The notes: generated by a model from the sequence alone, not told the origin. DNA of 64,000 nt from the human T2T-CHM13v2.0 reference genome, Homo sapiens (GCF_009914755.1 NC_060928.1); one strand, 5' to 3'. Shown: positions 43,970-63,647, counted from the first letter of the stretch. Translations and numbers: made by a program.

Positions 43970-44880
43970 TTAGACAGATTTATTGAGATAATACTTACAT
44001 ACTGTACAATTCACTCAAAAGAGTTTTTTTTTAATGTATCCACAGAATTGTGCAACTATTTTCACAATCTATACTAGAACATTTGCATCTCCCCTAAGGA
44101 AGCCCTGTACCCATTAGCAGTCAGTCCCCATTTCCTCTCTCTCATCTACCCCTTCTCAGCCTTAAGTATCTGCTGATCTACTTTCTATTTCTATACGTTT
44201 GCCTATTTTGGACATTTCTTGTAAATTAAATTATACAATGTGTGGTGGTTTGTCACTGGCTTCTTTCACTTAGCATATTTTTAAGGGTCATCGATGTTGA
44301 AGCATGTGCCTGTACTTCATGTTTTTAAATTGCCAAGTAATATGCTATTGTATATGTTTACCTTTCTGACAACTACTCTCTTGTGTTTCCAAGCAGCTGC
44401 ACGATTTTACATTTTTACTAACAACGTATGATGGTTCCAATTTCTTCACATCTTTGGCACTTACTATTATCTGTTTTTTATTGTAGCCATCCTAGAAAGT
44501 GTGAAGTAGTATTTTACTGTGGTTTTGATTTGCATTTGCCTAGTGACTAATGATATTGAGCATCTTTTTTTATGCTTATTGGCCATTTAAATATCTTTTT
44601 TAGAGAAATATCCTAATACTTTGTGTATTTTTAAATTATTTCACTGTCTTTTTACTATTGAATAACAAGAGTCTTTTATATATTCTCTTTGTGTGTGGGT
44701 GTGGGTGTGTATTTTTTACATATTCTGAGTACAAGTCTCTTAACCTGATGAATAATTTGCGAATATTTTCTCGCATTCTGTGGGTGACTTTCTTGATAGT
44801 ATATTTTGTAGCACAAACATTCTATTTTTGATATAATCAAATTTAGTTTTTCCTTTGTTACTTGTAAGCAACATTTCTCT
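43970..44880 (-). mobile_element. Old L1M (MB-like) 3' fragment
   Basis: GTGGTTTTGATTTGCATTT and GAGCATCTTTT motifs. Confidence 0.8.
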
Positions 44881-45748
44881 TGAAGTAGAGAAACTAATTT
44901 TAATGTTTTTATAAGCAAAATGTAGATGTAGCATAAAAATTTATGGTTAAATTGTATAACCAGATTTAGATATAAACTGCTCTGCTCTTAGGATACCTGC
45001 CTCCCCAAGGCAAAGAAAACATACTTAGAAAACTATTACAGATTGAGGAAAAGTTGTACCTTCTGTTTTATAGGTGATTAGAAGCTGACTCTGCTGTCTT
45101 GAAATTTGACTATAATAAAATCTTCAAATTCATTAATTGAAATGTGATCTGCAACCACTGACTGAGGAAGCTTTACAAAATCATTTTCTTTTTTTCTTTG
45201 ATATTAAAGTTACTAATATTTGTACTTTTGGTTTTTAAATTAGGAAGTTCATATAATTTATGTTGTTATAAATGTGCTTCCTGTTTGGGAAGAAAAGAAA
45301 CACTCATTTTCTTTGCTTTGAATAACTATCCAAGAAATTAAGTAAAAATCTTAACAATCAGGTTCTTTAGGATAAGGATTTTTTTTTTTTTTTTTAGCTA
45401 AGAGGAAGGGGGAAAAGAATCACACAAGAAAGGTAGTTGTTTTTTTTTTTTTTTCCTGAATGTTAAACTGGATGCTAGGGGTAATGGTTTAACTTAATAA
45501 ATATGTGATATTAAGTGGCTTATTGACTTGGACTGGGTTTTAGAACATCTGGGTTTTTACTTGCATGTCATTAGTTATGAAATCTGCATACATATTATTT
45601 AAAATTATTAGAAGTTAAGCTTCCTTAAAAGATATGAGTCAAGTGGCATGTGTATTATTTTGTTTTCTTGGGAGGGCTCATAACTTTTGAATTACTGATA
45701 TTAACTTCAGTTGAGATGAATTCAGAATTTACTATTTTTTCTGCTCAG

Positions 45749-45839
45749 GTTTAGCTGACAGATTTGAAGAATATCCTAAACTGAGGGAGCTCATCAGGCT
45801 AAAGGATGAGTTAATAGCTAAATCTAACACTCCTCCCAT
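45749..45839 (+). CDS. METTL14: METTL14 exon 6
   Basis: [29 protein letters not shown], 91 nt. Confidence 0.98.
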
Positions 45840-45979
45840 GTAAGTGTTTTTATTCAATTACTGTTTATTCCCAACTCAGGCTTAAAGTATCAGTTTGTTT
45901 ATCCTATAACCTTTTTTCTTCTTCCTAAATTCAGCACTTATGTTAACATGCTTTATTACTCTGTTTCTTCTCTCTGCCT

Positions 45980-47885
<1,906 letters not shown>

Positions 47886-48495
47886 CCATTTACATTTAAA
47901 GTATTTTAAATTTAAAATATTTTCATGCTATGTGACAATAACTTTTCAGTAAAGGCCAGTAATAACTTATATTAGGTAGCATGAAAAGACTCTTAATAGA
48001 AACATTTTTACTAATGAAAAAACTAATAAAAGAAAACTATATGAAAACTATGTTTTGGGGGAAGAATTTAAAGCTTACAGAGAAATGGGTTTTCTAACTG
48101 AACAATTGAGAATAAAACAATGTGATATTCCTTAGAAAATTCAGATGAGAAGGGAAAGGGGTTCAGAGACACATCTGAGTATGGATTTTTAATATTGAGA
48201 GAAGAATATATTCTGGGTGTACATGGGGAAAATAGGACTTTTACTATGTAGTTTAATTACGTTCATGTCTTAAGAAAGATCACTGGTAGATCGTTTAAGT
48301 CTATACTGAAGAAAAAAAGACTCAATAAAAAGGCCTTTAGTAATTAGGTTACTGATTACTTTGTAAATAGTGTTTAGTAATAATGTTTAGTGATATCTAA
48401 GACATTTCTTTCATTACCATCTGTTAAGGTACTTGAAAATCTTATTTAAAAAGCATTTTTTTAAAAACCTCATTTTTAATGCTTTAATCAAATAG

Positions 48496-48637
48496 GTACT
48501 TACAAGCCGATATAGAAGCCTTTGACATCAGAGAACTAACACCCAAATTTGATGTGATTCTTCTGGAACCCCCTTTAGAAGAATATTACAGAGAAACTGG
48601 CATCACTGCTAATGAAAAATGCTGGACTTGGGATGAT
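48496..48637 (+). CDS. METTL14: METTL14 exon 7 (degenerate catalytic loop EPPL)
   Basis: [31 protein letters not shown]...WTWDD, 142 nt. Confidence 0.98.
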
Positions 48638-48949
48638 GTATGATCAAACTTTCTACATTGTAATGAATTATTTATTTTCAAATGAATATGTTTATTTGGT
48701 CAGAAAGTGAGATAATAAATATCATCCCTACTTTTGTAGGGATTATAAATGTAGATTTATAGTGTAAATTATAGCTGAAGGTCCAAGGTACATTGACTAA
48801 TATTACATTATCTTTAATTTGAGCCTTCTTTTCAAGGCAAAAATTGAGCAGATAGCAAGTGAATAGGCTGTAGAAGACTTAAAATTTTGGTCTTAGAGTC
48901 CTTGGCTATATAGTTAGAGAAGTTTAAAAACAGATGGAATGATTCATAA

Positions 48950-50450
<1,501 letters not shown>

Positions 50451-51863
50451 AAGACGTGTTTCTTAGGAAACGGATTAGAATCTTTGCATGTCCCTTTCTG
50501 AGTTAATGGTAGTTACTACTCTTAATAATATCTATTTTTCCAAGATTTACCTCTAATTCTTCCTCTTCCTTGAAACTTTTCCTATTAGCTTTAATACTCC
50601 TAGCACTTTTATTTATATTTGTATGGCTCCTATAATGTAAAAGTTTTTCCCCTTCCCTGTTTAAAGTGTTATCTGTGTTTATTGTTGAAAAATCAGAAAA
50701 GTGCACAGAATGTGGTATTTCTAAGACTTAAGATTAGAGACTTAATGCTCTTGATATTTCTTGCAGAGAAGTTTTCCAGATAGGTATAAATTTACATTCC
50801 TTTCAGTAGTGTTTAAGAATGTCTAGTTAGCCATATCCTCATTAAAGTTGAATATTAATATTAAAAACCATTTTTTATCAGTTTGCTCAAAAGAAAAAAT
50901 TTAAACAATGAATCTGATTATGTTCTTTATTAATAATTAGGCAGAATTTTGTTTTCTCTAGCCAATCCGTGAGGTTTCAGCAGTGAAGGTACAAGAACTT
51001 CAATTATATGTGATAAACTAATACAGTTTTTAAAATAAAGAAATTCTATTTTATATGCAAATTCTTGATTTCAGTTTAATTTCACTGTACTTCAACTCTG
51101 GCTGGCATACTGAAAAATTTTGTCTGGCCCCAGAGCCCTAAGTTCTTTAACTTTTATGAGATACCGTCCTGAAGGAAGTGCCAGTAGTTAATGTAATAAA
51201 CAAAATGTAAATAAGAAAAATGTTTGGGTTTCACAGGTATTCTTTTTCATGTTAGAGAGTCGGTAGTGGTCATTGTGTTTTACTTAAGAACACAAGCATT
51301 AAAGTACCAACACTTAACTTTTAGAATTAGTGTCAAAAGAGAATAATTTTTTTTTTTTTGGCATTTGAGACTCAAAGTAGTAATCGTAGCAAAATATGTA
51401 TATTGATTTATTGAGAAGTTCTTCTGTAGACACTGGATATCACAGTCCTCCCGAAACATTTATTGTTATATTTTAATTTTAATTTTGTCCCTAACATTGG
51501 GCTTAGTTAAGTGCTTCATTCTTTTTCAGTAAATGATAAAAGATTGCTGGAGAATCTGTCTCAAGCTCCATCTTAAAAGATTGCATAAGTCTATAGCTAT
51601 TGTTTCCTATAAGCTCTTTCCATATAACAGCAAGTGTATATATGTATATATGTGCACAGGTGTGTATGTTGTTTGTATATAAAGTAACAAAACAATAGAA
51701 CGAGTAATTTTAAGGATAACATTTATTTTCTGTTAGTTCCTAATGGAAACTAATACACTTAAAGAACACATCTATCCTAATAAATCTTAATTGTTGTTCT
51801 TTTGGATTTAGGATGAATGGGAAACAAAATACTTTTATGCAATATCGTTTTGATTTCTTACAG

Positions 51864-51956
51864 ATTATGAAGTTAGAAATTGATGAGATTGCAGCACCTC
51901 GATCATTTATTTTTCTCTGGTGTGGTTCTGGGGAGGGGTTGGACCTTGGAAGAGTG
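51864..51956 (+). CDS. METTL14: METTL14 exon 8
   Basis: [31 protein letters not shown], 93 nt. Confidence 0.98.
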
Positions 51957-52460
51957 GTAAGATGGTGCTTTTATAAAGTGGATTTTTAAATTAATAAGAA
52001 AAAAATGTAACAGTATGTTGCATAGGATGTTTGAAAGTGGATGTTATTTTGTCCTTTGTTTCTTAAATAATTCTAAAATAGTGAGAAAAAAAAAATGTCC
52101 AGAAAAGAACGTAAGAAAGGCAATACTTGTAAGTTAGTTTACCAGCACTAGGGAGGAATGTGTAGCTCTTTCAAAAGACACTTCATTACAAGTACAGGAA
52201 GAGAACAGCTTAAAGATTTGAAACTCCAAATTATACCTCAAAAATGAGCTGCTTGGTATCATTTACAATTCTTTATGAGTAGCTAAAAAGTGTTCTATGA
52301 GTAGCTAAAAGTATTCAGGAGCATTGGCTCCTGAAATCCAAATGGAAGTCAAATAAAATTGGAAAAGTAACACAGCATATGGAAGACATGAATGAATGAG
52401 AAAGAAGTTATAATACCTGAACTTATTTTAAGTATCTGATATTTAATTGTATTTCACAGC

Positions 52461-54102
<1,642 letters not shown>

Positions 54103-54250
54103 TTCTGAGTTTCATTTTGAGGTGTTATCTTACATTACCCAATAAGCATTCCTGAAAAGTGTATGTTTTATACTCTATCTTTTTTTTTTTTTGGTTCAGG
54201 GGGAACTCCCAACAGGATTTCCTGTGGTGGAAAGGAAGCTTGTTGGAAGG

Positions 54251-54252
<2 letters not shown>

Positions 54253-54296
<44 letters not shown>

Positions 54297-54438
54297 CTTT
54301 AAGTTCTGGGATACATGTGCAGAACGTGCAGGTTTGTTACATAGGTATACATGTGCCATGGTGGTTTGCTGCACCCATCAACCCGTAATCTACATTAGGT
54401 ATTTCTCCTAATGCTGTCCCTCCCCTAGCCCCCAACCT
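54253..54438 (-). mobile_element. Short 5'-truncated L1PA with a (TTA)n tail
   Basis: TTATACTTTAAGTTCTGGGATACATGTGCAGAACGTGCAGG. Confidence 0.9.
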
Positions 54439-55251
54439 GCCTCTACTATATCTTGATATGTACTTGATCATCATACCAGCAATACTGTACTTATTTGTTT
54501 ATTTTTCCCTCCTTTACTCTTAAAGTTGATGGGGATAGGGACTGTGTCTTATTCATGTTTTTATTTCCAGCAGCTAACCAGCACTGGCATATGGTAGACT
54601 TTCAGTTGTCACTGTGAGCAGTCATTTAGCTGGTATTTGTTTTATGTTAATGTATAACAGCTTCTAGGACATTAAGGTTCACATCTCTGTTTTCTAGATT
54701 ATATAGAGATGAAAGTACCATTTTACCCAACAAAGAGATACACGTAACAATTTTAAGTTTGAACATTTTTACAGTTGTATTAAAAATAGAAATAAGATTT
54801 TATAAGACTCTCATTTGAAGTTAGCGTTTAGAAAATTTTCAATAGTATGTAGCTTTGTCAGAGAATAGAATATTGAGTTGGCAGGAATCAAATTGTGTTT
54901 TGGATTATTTTGTGATTACAGAAGGTCTGAGTGCTTACAATTTAAAACCCCATGTCCATTGATGACAATAGAATGTAGAATTGGGAGATGATGTAATCCT
55001 TTCTATGTTTTGATATTTAACTATATATATGACATTGATATCCAAAAGATATATATGCATTCCGTATTATGGCTATGTATTTAAAGACTGGCATTTCTTT
55101 TTATATTCTACACTGAAACAAAATTACCTTGAAACCTTGGAATATAGTGTCTGAAACCTCTAGAAAGTTTTTTTTAATGCTGGTTGTTATTGTTAAGTAT
55201 TGTTTATTTCTTTAAGTTAAGGATTTGTGTTTAAAATTCTTTTGTTTCTAG

Positions 55252-55368
55252 TGTTTACGAAAATGGGGTTACAGAAGATGTGAAGATATTTGTTGGATTA
55301 AAACCAATAAAAACAATCCTGGGAAGACTAAGACTTTAGATCCAAAGGCTGTCTTTCAGAGAACAAAG
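55252..55368 (+). CDS. METTL14: METTL14 exon 9
   Basis: [39 protein letters not shown], 117 nt. Confidence 0.98.
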
Positions 55369-55869
55369 GTATTGCCTTTACTGATTTGTTTTTTTTAATT
55401 TTTGTGATTTTCTCTCAAGCTTTTCCAAATAACTATATACTGTTTAATTAACTTCAGTGAAAAGGTCCTTTTCTTAGACTTGTAAAGACAGCATTGAGCA
55501 TTACAGGAATACATCCAAATTAGTTTTAAAATGTTTTATTCATTATCTTAGATCAACCCCACCATGCTAGAAAGGGGAGTATATATTCCTCCATGTCCTA
55601 AATGCCATATTTCTAAGTTAGATAAAGGCTTTTGATCACACTCACCCGCAGAATTTTTCTAGGCTCAGAAAGAAGAGATAGCAAGATCGCAAGACTCGAG
55701 TTGGCCAGCTTAGAGACGTATTTCTCTCTTCTTTCCTTCTTTTTCCTTTACAAGAACCCCTGAGAACTTCTGTTTGTTGTGACTCTGCCCTGCTAGTATC
55801 AGGCTTTAACAGTTTTTGTTCTTACTTTTTAGGGAGCCTCTGGTGGGAGGGTCTTTCTTATTAAGTCTT

Positions 55870-56443
55870 TTTTGTACTGGAATCATGCCTAGGTAATGAA
55901 GCCTCCGTAAAATCCCAAGATGGGTTGGAGAGCTTCTGGGTTGGTGAACCTGTGGAGTTTCTGGGACGGTGGTCTGCTTGGAGAGGGCACAGCAGCTCCA
56001 TGCCCCATGCCCCATGCCGCATACTTTTCATTATGTGTCTCTTCCATCTGGCTGTTTTTGAGTTGTATCCTTTTATAATAAATAGGTCATAGTAAGTAAA
56101 GAGCTTTCCTGAATTCCTCGAGCTGTTCTAGCAAATGATCTAACCTGAGGAAGAGGTCATGGGAACCTCTGATTTATAGCTGGTTGGTCAGAAGCACAGG
56201 TGACAATCTGGACTTGTGATTGGTATCTGAAGGTGGGGCATTCATGTGGTTCTCAGCCCTTGACCTGTGGGGTCTGCACTAACTAGGTAGATAGTGTCAG
56301 AATTGAATTGAATTATAGTGTTGATGGAGAAGTGGAGAATTGCTTGGTATGGGAAAAACCCACACATCTGGGATCAGAAGTGAAGTATTCTGAAAATACT
56401 GAGTGTTGTGAGTGCGTAGAAGAGTTTGTTTTTCTTATTTACA
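55870..56443 (+). mobile_element. MER21-type LTR fragment
   Basis: GAGAGCTTCTGGGTTGGTGAAC, TTGTATCCTTTTATAATAAA, GTGTCAGAATTGAATT. Confidence 0.75.
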
Positions 56444-56517
56444 TGGCAGTCTTTCCTCATCCAGAGATCCAGGTTTTCCTGTTGTTTTGTTGCCCATAGA
56501 ACTGTATCTCACCAGAA

Positions 56518-56802
56518 ATGGTGGCTCACTTCTGTAATCCCAGCACTTTGGGAGGCCGAGGTAGGTAGACCACTTGAGCCCAGGAATTTGAGACCAGCCT
56601 GAGCAACATGGCGAGACCCTGTCTTTACAAAAAATTTAAAAATCAGCCAGGTGTGGTGGTGTGTTCCTGTGGTCCCAGCTACTTGGGAGGCTGAGGCGGG
56701 GGATTGCTTGAGCCCAGGAGGTCAAGGCTGCAGTGAGCTGAGATCGTGCTACTGTACTCCAGCCTGGGTGACAGAGCGAGACCCAGTCTCAAAAAGAAGA
56801 GA
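56518..56802 (+). mobile_element. AluJ-like
   Basis: Dimer. Confidence 0.9.
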
Positions 56803-56927
56803 AATAACTGTATCCCAAAGATTCCGAGAAATGAGGATTGTTTTAGAATTGAGGACATCAGAAATGTGAAAGGTTTTGGAATGACTGTTGATGAAAACAG
56901 ATTAATTGGTCTGCTCTTGTTATTTAG

Positions 56928-57138
56928 GAACACTGCCTCATGGGGATCAAAGGAACTGTGAAGCGTAGCACAGACGGGGACTTCATTCATGCTAATGTTG
57001 ACATTGACTTAATTATCACAGAAGAACCTGAAATTGGCAATATAGAAAAACCTGTAGAAATTTTTCATATAATTGAGCATTTTTGTCTTGGTAGAAGACG
57101 CCTTCATCTATTTGGAAGAGATAGTACAATTCGACCAG
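56928..57138 (+). CDS. METTL14: METTL14 exon 10
   Basis: [25 protein letters not shown]...[10 protein letters not shown], 211 nt. Confidence 0.98.
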
Positions 57139-57264
57139 GTAGGACCTCAGTTAACAACAACTTTTATGATTCTTTGGGTTATGCATGTCAAGAAATAGGA
57201 CATGGTGCTGTGTAAAATAAAGTTCTTATGCATTTGATTCCTTTTCTTGCTGTACTTCAAATAT

Positions 57265-58340
57265 GAACAGTTTCAGGTCCACAGCAAAATTGAGAGGAAG
57301 GCACAGAGACTTTTCCATATACCTGCTGCCCCCACACATGCATAACCTTTCCAGTTATCAGTATCTCCCAACAGAGTGGTACATTTGTTACAAATGATGA
57401 ACCTACATTGACACGTCATAATCACTCAAAGTCCACAGTTTACATTAGGATTCACTCTTGGTTGTAGTAATTCTGTGAGTTTGGACAAATGTATAATGAC
57501 ATCTATCCACCATTATAGGATCATACTCAATAGTTTCACGGCCCTAAAAATCCTCTGTGCTCCACTTATTCATCCCTACCCACAACTCTTGACAACCACT
57601 TATCTTTTTACTGTCTCCGTAATTTGCCTTTGTCAGAATGTTACATAGTTGGAATCGTATAGTATGTAGCCTTTTTAGATTGGCTTCTTTCATTTGGTAA
57701 TTGGCATTTAAGATTTCTCCATTCCTTTTCATGGTTTGATAGGTCATTTCTTTTTAGTGCCGAATAATATTCCATTGGATGTACCGCAGTTTTTATATCC
57801 ATTTACCTACTGAAGGACATCTTCCAAGTTTTGGCAATTATGAATAAGCTACAATGGAAATCTGTGTACAGGTTTTTGTGTGGTCGTAAGTTTTCAGCTC
57901 CTTTGGGTAAATACCAAGGAGCACAAATGCTGGATTGTATGGTAAGAATGTTTAATTTTGTAGGAAACTGCCAAGACTGTCTTCTGAAGTGCCTGTACCA
58001 TTTTACATTTCCACCGGCAGTGAGAGTTCCTGTTGCTCTGCATCCTCACCAGCATTTGGTGTTGTCAGTGTTCAGGATTTTGGCAATTTTAGTGTGTGTG
58101 TAGTGGTATCATAATGTTGTTTTAATTTGCATTTTTCTGATGACATATGATGTAGAACCTCTTTTCATATGCTTATTTACTATCTGTATGCCTTTTTTGG
58201 TGAGATGTCTTTTAAGGTCTTTGGCCCATTTTTTATTTGGCTGTTTGTTTTCTTATTGTTGAGGTTTAAGAGTTACTTGTATATTTTGGAGAATAGTACT
58301 TTATCAGATTTGTTTTTTGCAAATATTTTCTCTTATTCGG
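57265..58340 (-). mobile_element. L1MB/MC 3' fragment
   Basis: CAGAGTGGTACATTTGTTACAA and CATCCTCACCAGCATTTGGTGTTGTCAG motifs. Confidence 0.85.
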
Positions 58341-58697
58341 TGACTGTCTTCTCACTGCCTTGTTGCATGTTTATTTTTATTTAATTACTTTCTGCTTTTT
58401 TATTTTCTTTCTAGTTTCTTTGGATTTACTTGCTGTCTTTCTATCTGAAGTATTTTTAGATTGATATTCAGGTTAGGGGTACAGGTTTAATTTTGTACTT
58501 GTAAACTACTAGTACAAAAAGAAAGAAAGAAATTGAATAGGCAAGAGTTTCAAGAAAGAAACTCTTGCAAAAATTTAGTATTAGCTACATGCAAATAAGG
58601 AAGAAAAATTTGATGGATCAAAGTGTAGATGTTTGGGAGTTAGCCATATAAATAATAGTATGTGCAATTGAGAGTCTGTTCAAGAGACCTTAATTTA

Positions 58698-59443
<746 letters not shown>

Positions 59444-61314
59444 AGACTATTTTAAACTTACTCTGTTCTTAGTAATACCTTTAGAATTTCTGATAAAACA
59501 CAATGTTGCTGTGCAGAATTTGGAAGAGAGGGGAATCCCTTGGACTTCTATAGCCAGTTTACTCTGCAAGGATTTCCATGTTTTACGTAAGAGACAGTAT
59601 AGCAAGGGAGACAGAGTATTAGTTATTTTTATTATATCTTTAAATTTTCTGTTTCTTATTCCTTGTTTGTGGTGTTGTGTTCCACATATATTGAATATTA
59701 TCTTCCATAATACCACAAACATGCCAAAAAACAAACTAGAAGGCAGCAAATAAAAATCTCATAGGTTTAATAGTCAGTGAGAGCCCATAGGTGTGGAATG
59801 TGCTCTTGATCATGGTATCTGCCAGGTAATACATAAAAGACACAGTATAATTAACCTTTTTTTCTTCAACTATTACAAATCTTACTGTATTCATGCACTT
59901 TTAGAAACTAAAAATGTTTTAAAAAACAATGAACTAAGTATTGTACAGAAATGGCTACTGTATTTTAGAATGTGATCCTAGTGAAATATTTTTCATTTTA
60001 TAGCTTTTTATGATGCATCTACTTTTCTAAGAAATAACCTAAGGATGATGGGGCAGATATATTATAAACCTAACTTTGCAGATAAATAACCTAATTCTTA
60101 CAGATAATTGGACCTGTCCCAAATAATGCTGTGTCTCTTATAATGCTCCAGAGGCATATTTTCAGGGTCCCCTACAAAGGGCATGTCTGTAAGAGTCACC
60201 ACACCCAAAGAACCCCAGAGCACCGTGTCTGTATTGGGTATTTGTAGTTCCTTCCATTCTAAAGACAGTTTAATCAATCAGAAAATATCCTTATTACAAG
60301 AAAAGTTGTCTAGCAATATAATTGGCAAAATAGCTGTTTACCTACAGAAGTATAATGTGCAGTGGAAATTCTGAGAAAGAAGAAATAATTTTCATTTCAT
60401 GTAAGAAATATATTTGAATTGGATGTTGAAGGGTGGGATTTTTAACAGGTTGACAGGATAGAAAAGAAAATAATATGGGCACAAAAATCGGGGTTAGTAT
60501 AGAAGCAGTTACTATAGTAGTTCATTGTTTTCCTTAGAGGTTCATGAAAAGCATTAATGAGAAGTGTTATTGGAAAGTTCATTCAGCCATCATTGTAAAA
60601 GATCTTAGATTTTATATTTATGAATTTGGGCTTTGTGGAAACAGTTGGAAGGTTTTTGAGCAGAGAAGTGACATGTTTTAAGCTTTGCTTTAGGCTTTCC
60701 ACTTTTAGAGGGAGGAGAAGCTATAGGTTGGGAGATCATTACAGTATATATGTGTGTCTGTTACACATGTGTTATATGGTAGGGTATTGACCTTGTAAAA
60801 AAAAATAAAGGCTTAAATTTGAGGGTGGCAGCAGAAATGGAAAGATAGGAATGAGTGGGAGTAACATGGTAGTGGTTGAATTTCTCAGACCTATCAACTG
60901 AGAATATTTTCTAGTTAGCAAGTGTAGAGCAAAAGTTGGTTCCAAGATTTTAATCAGAAAATGGCACCATTTACATAAATAGGAAGATTATATATAATTT
61001 ATTACAGTTTCACTAAACCCAAACTCAGTGTAATGTATGGGATTTTTTTTCTCTAAGTTCTATTCTCACAAAAGATAGTACGTGGATGAGGAGGATATAT
61101 TACAAAAGTTACAATCTAGGAGGAGAAACAAGATATATACCTGTGAAATCTTTAAAACATGACCACAATTAAGTGCCATTCTGTAAAAGAGATCAGTATT
61201 GGATGAATGATGGGGACATCTTTAAGAATGCATTGGGGATTTGAACTAGCTTCTAAAGAATTAATAAGAGAGAATTGCAAATAAAAAGTATAATCTTTTT
61301 TTCCTCCATTTCAG

Positions 61315-61619
61315 GCTGGCTCACAGTTGGACCAACGCTTACAAATAGCAACTACAATGCAGAAACATATGCATCCTATTTCAGTGCTCCTAATTCCTAC
61401 TTGACTGGTTGTACAGAAGAAATTGAGAGACTTCGACCAAAATCGCCTCCTCCCAAATCTAAATCTGACCGAGGAGGTGGAGCTCCCAGAGGTGGAGGAA
61501 GAGGTGGAACTTCTGCTGGCCGTGGACGAGAAAGAAATAGATCTAACTTCCGAGGAGAAAGAGGTGGCTTTAGAGGGGGCCGTGGAGGAGCACACAGAGG
61601 TGGCTTTCCACCTCGATAA
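61315..61619 (+). CDS. METTL14: METTL14 exon 11 coding part (RGG tail)
   Basis: [16 protein letters not shown]...[19 protein letters not shown], 305 nt. Confidence 0.98.
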
Positions 61620-61934
61620 TTGTTGAAGACATTGAACCTATTCATCCTCCTCTAACCTTCTTTATTGTAATTAAATTTCAAGTGGGAGACTTAACTTTAG
61701 AACTCACTTCCAGCTTGCACTTTGCTTTAATTTCTCTGAGCTGCAAGAATGTCTTAGCGAGCCTTGCTTGCAGTTGTCACACACACTGTCCGGTTTTTTT
61801 CAGGATAAATGAATGATTCTGCCTTTTGTTATGTGCGTGAACAGAATGGAACAACTCAAGTAGCTTCATCTTCAGAGACTGAATTTATTCTGATAGACTT
61901 CAGCTAATTACAAAGGATTTTGCTAATTTTTGGG

Positions 61935-62590
61935 AATAAATAATGGAAAAAGATCCAGTCTGTGGTATCATGCTAGTGCTGACAGGGCCTTGATAGAATA
62001 GAGTTGGAAAAGATGGTAAGCTTTTGTCAGGGTTTTAACATTTTCTTGATGAAACAATAAAAAGAGGTAAGCTTTTTTCTTCTTTTTTTTTAAGTTTTAA
62101 ATAAACTCAGATATAATTTGAATACTGAAGAAATTAAGAGACTTTGAACAAAATCTCTTCCCAAATCTAAATTTGATAGGGGAGGTGGAGATTCCAGGGG
62201 TGGGTGAAAGAAGAGATAGAACTTAGCAGGCAGACTTAAAAAAAAAAAAAAAGTTCATCATCATAATCTCAATTTTGTGGCTATGACTCCTAATCACGCT
62301 TCCTAAGAAGCAAAGGAGGACAAATATTCATGTGCTAGATAGCACTGTGGTGTGGACTTGAACTTGGATTGACCTTAAATTTTATATTCCTCAAATAAAA
62401 GAGAGGCAGCGACAAGATACCTCATTATCAGATGCTTGGTTTATACATTTTGGGACTAAAATACTTGGTGATGAAATGACATACACCTTTAAACTTGTTA
62501 TGGAGATAGTTTAATGTAAAACCAACTACGGAAAACCCTCAACTTAAGGATACAGCTTGGAAATTGGAACTGCAATTGCCTTTTATTAAA
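61935..62590 (+). terminator. Candidate polyadenylation signals in the METTL14 3'UTR
   Basis: AATAAA at 61935, 62056, 62100 and 62394; ATTAAA at 62585. Which are used cannot be told from sequence. Confidence 0.5.
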
Positions 62591-63647
62591 ACCATATGGT
62601 GTGATGTTTGTTTTTAAAATTATATAAGACTTTATGCTGTCACTTCTCTTGCTGTACTGTAATTCATGTTTTAAATGAATTTGATAATGAAATTATACTA
62701 TTATCATTCTTGATGAATACTTTTCTTATTTTTATGATTTTTCTAATGAAACTTTAAACTTTTGAGATTTGAGAGTCTGTTTTCTATAAGTAGAATTACT
62801 GTTGTTACAAAATGAAAAAGGACTGACCTAAAATCAGTCTCCTCTTTTGGTCTGTGATGGATTTTAATGGCCGTTCTGTGCTCATATATACCTAAGATGA
62901 GATTATATTACATCCACCAAAGACTCAGTTTGAAGATAAGGAATGAGTGATAGAAGAAATAAGGCTGAGATCCTTAAAAGCCTAATTAATTTAACTCGCT
63001 TAACCCATTAGTACTATCTAGTACAAGACCCCTTTTTTTTTGCTGAAATTATGGTATATTTTCAACTTCACTAATTACAAATTATCTAGATTTAGAACTC
63101 TATATGTCAGCATTGACCTGGGAATGAAGTCAGGATAGAGAAATTCCACTTGCCTGTGATGGGTCCTTAGAAGTATCAGCTAAGGAGTGACCCTGTCCTA
63201 TACACAGGGCTCTCTATTACGTTCCATACCCTGGGCCTACCCAAGGTGACATTCCTGCTGTTTACATGGCATAGGCACCTGTGAGATCAGTGTCACAATT
63301 TCATCTTAGAAAGAGGTAGGTATGGCTGCTTTGTCGGTTGAAAGTTAAGGGGAGCCATGATCTACCATATTTAGGAAAAAGTTATTTAAAAAAGAGCAGA
63401 TGGTGGAAAAAGAATGTAAGACCCAGAATTTATCCCTTTGACAATGAATCTGGCCTTTTTAATAGCAGGATGGAATTGATTCACTAGTTTTTGCTAACTT
63501 TCACTTTCAGTAAAGGTTGAGGTGTTGTTTTTGCAATGACTGTGTATTCATTGAGGAAAGGTTTCCAATGAAATTTCATTACTCTGACCTCTTCTAATTT
63601 TTGGTCTTCTTTATATTTACATGTCTTACATTCCACAAAATTATTTA

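Noticed and set aside
48560-48580. EPPL instead of the catalytic DPPW motif
   Set aside because: A well-known feature of METTL14 as a pseudo-methyltransferase; not novel.
61311-61645. Two antisense ORFs over the last exon
   Set aside because: Shadow frames of GC-rich RGG codons; no promoter or splice support.
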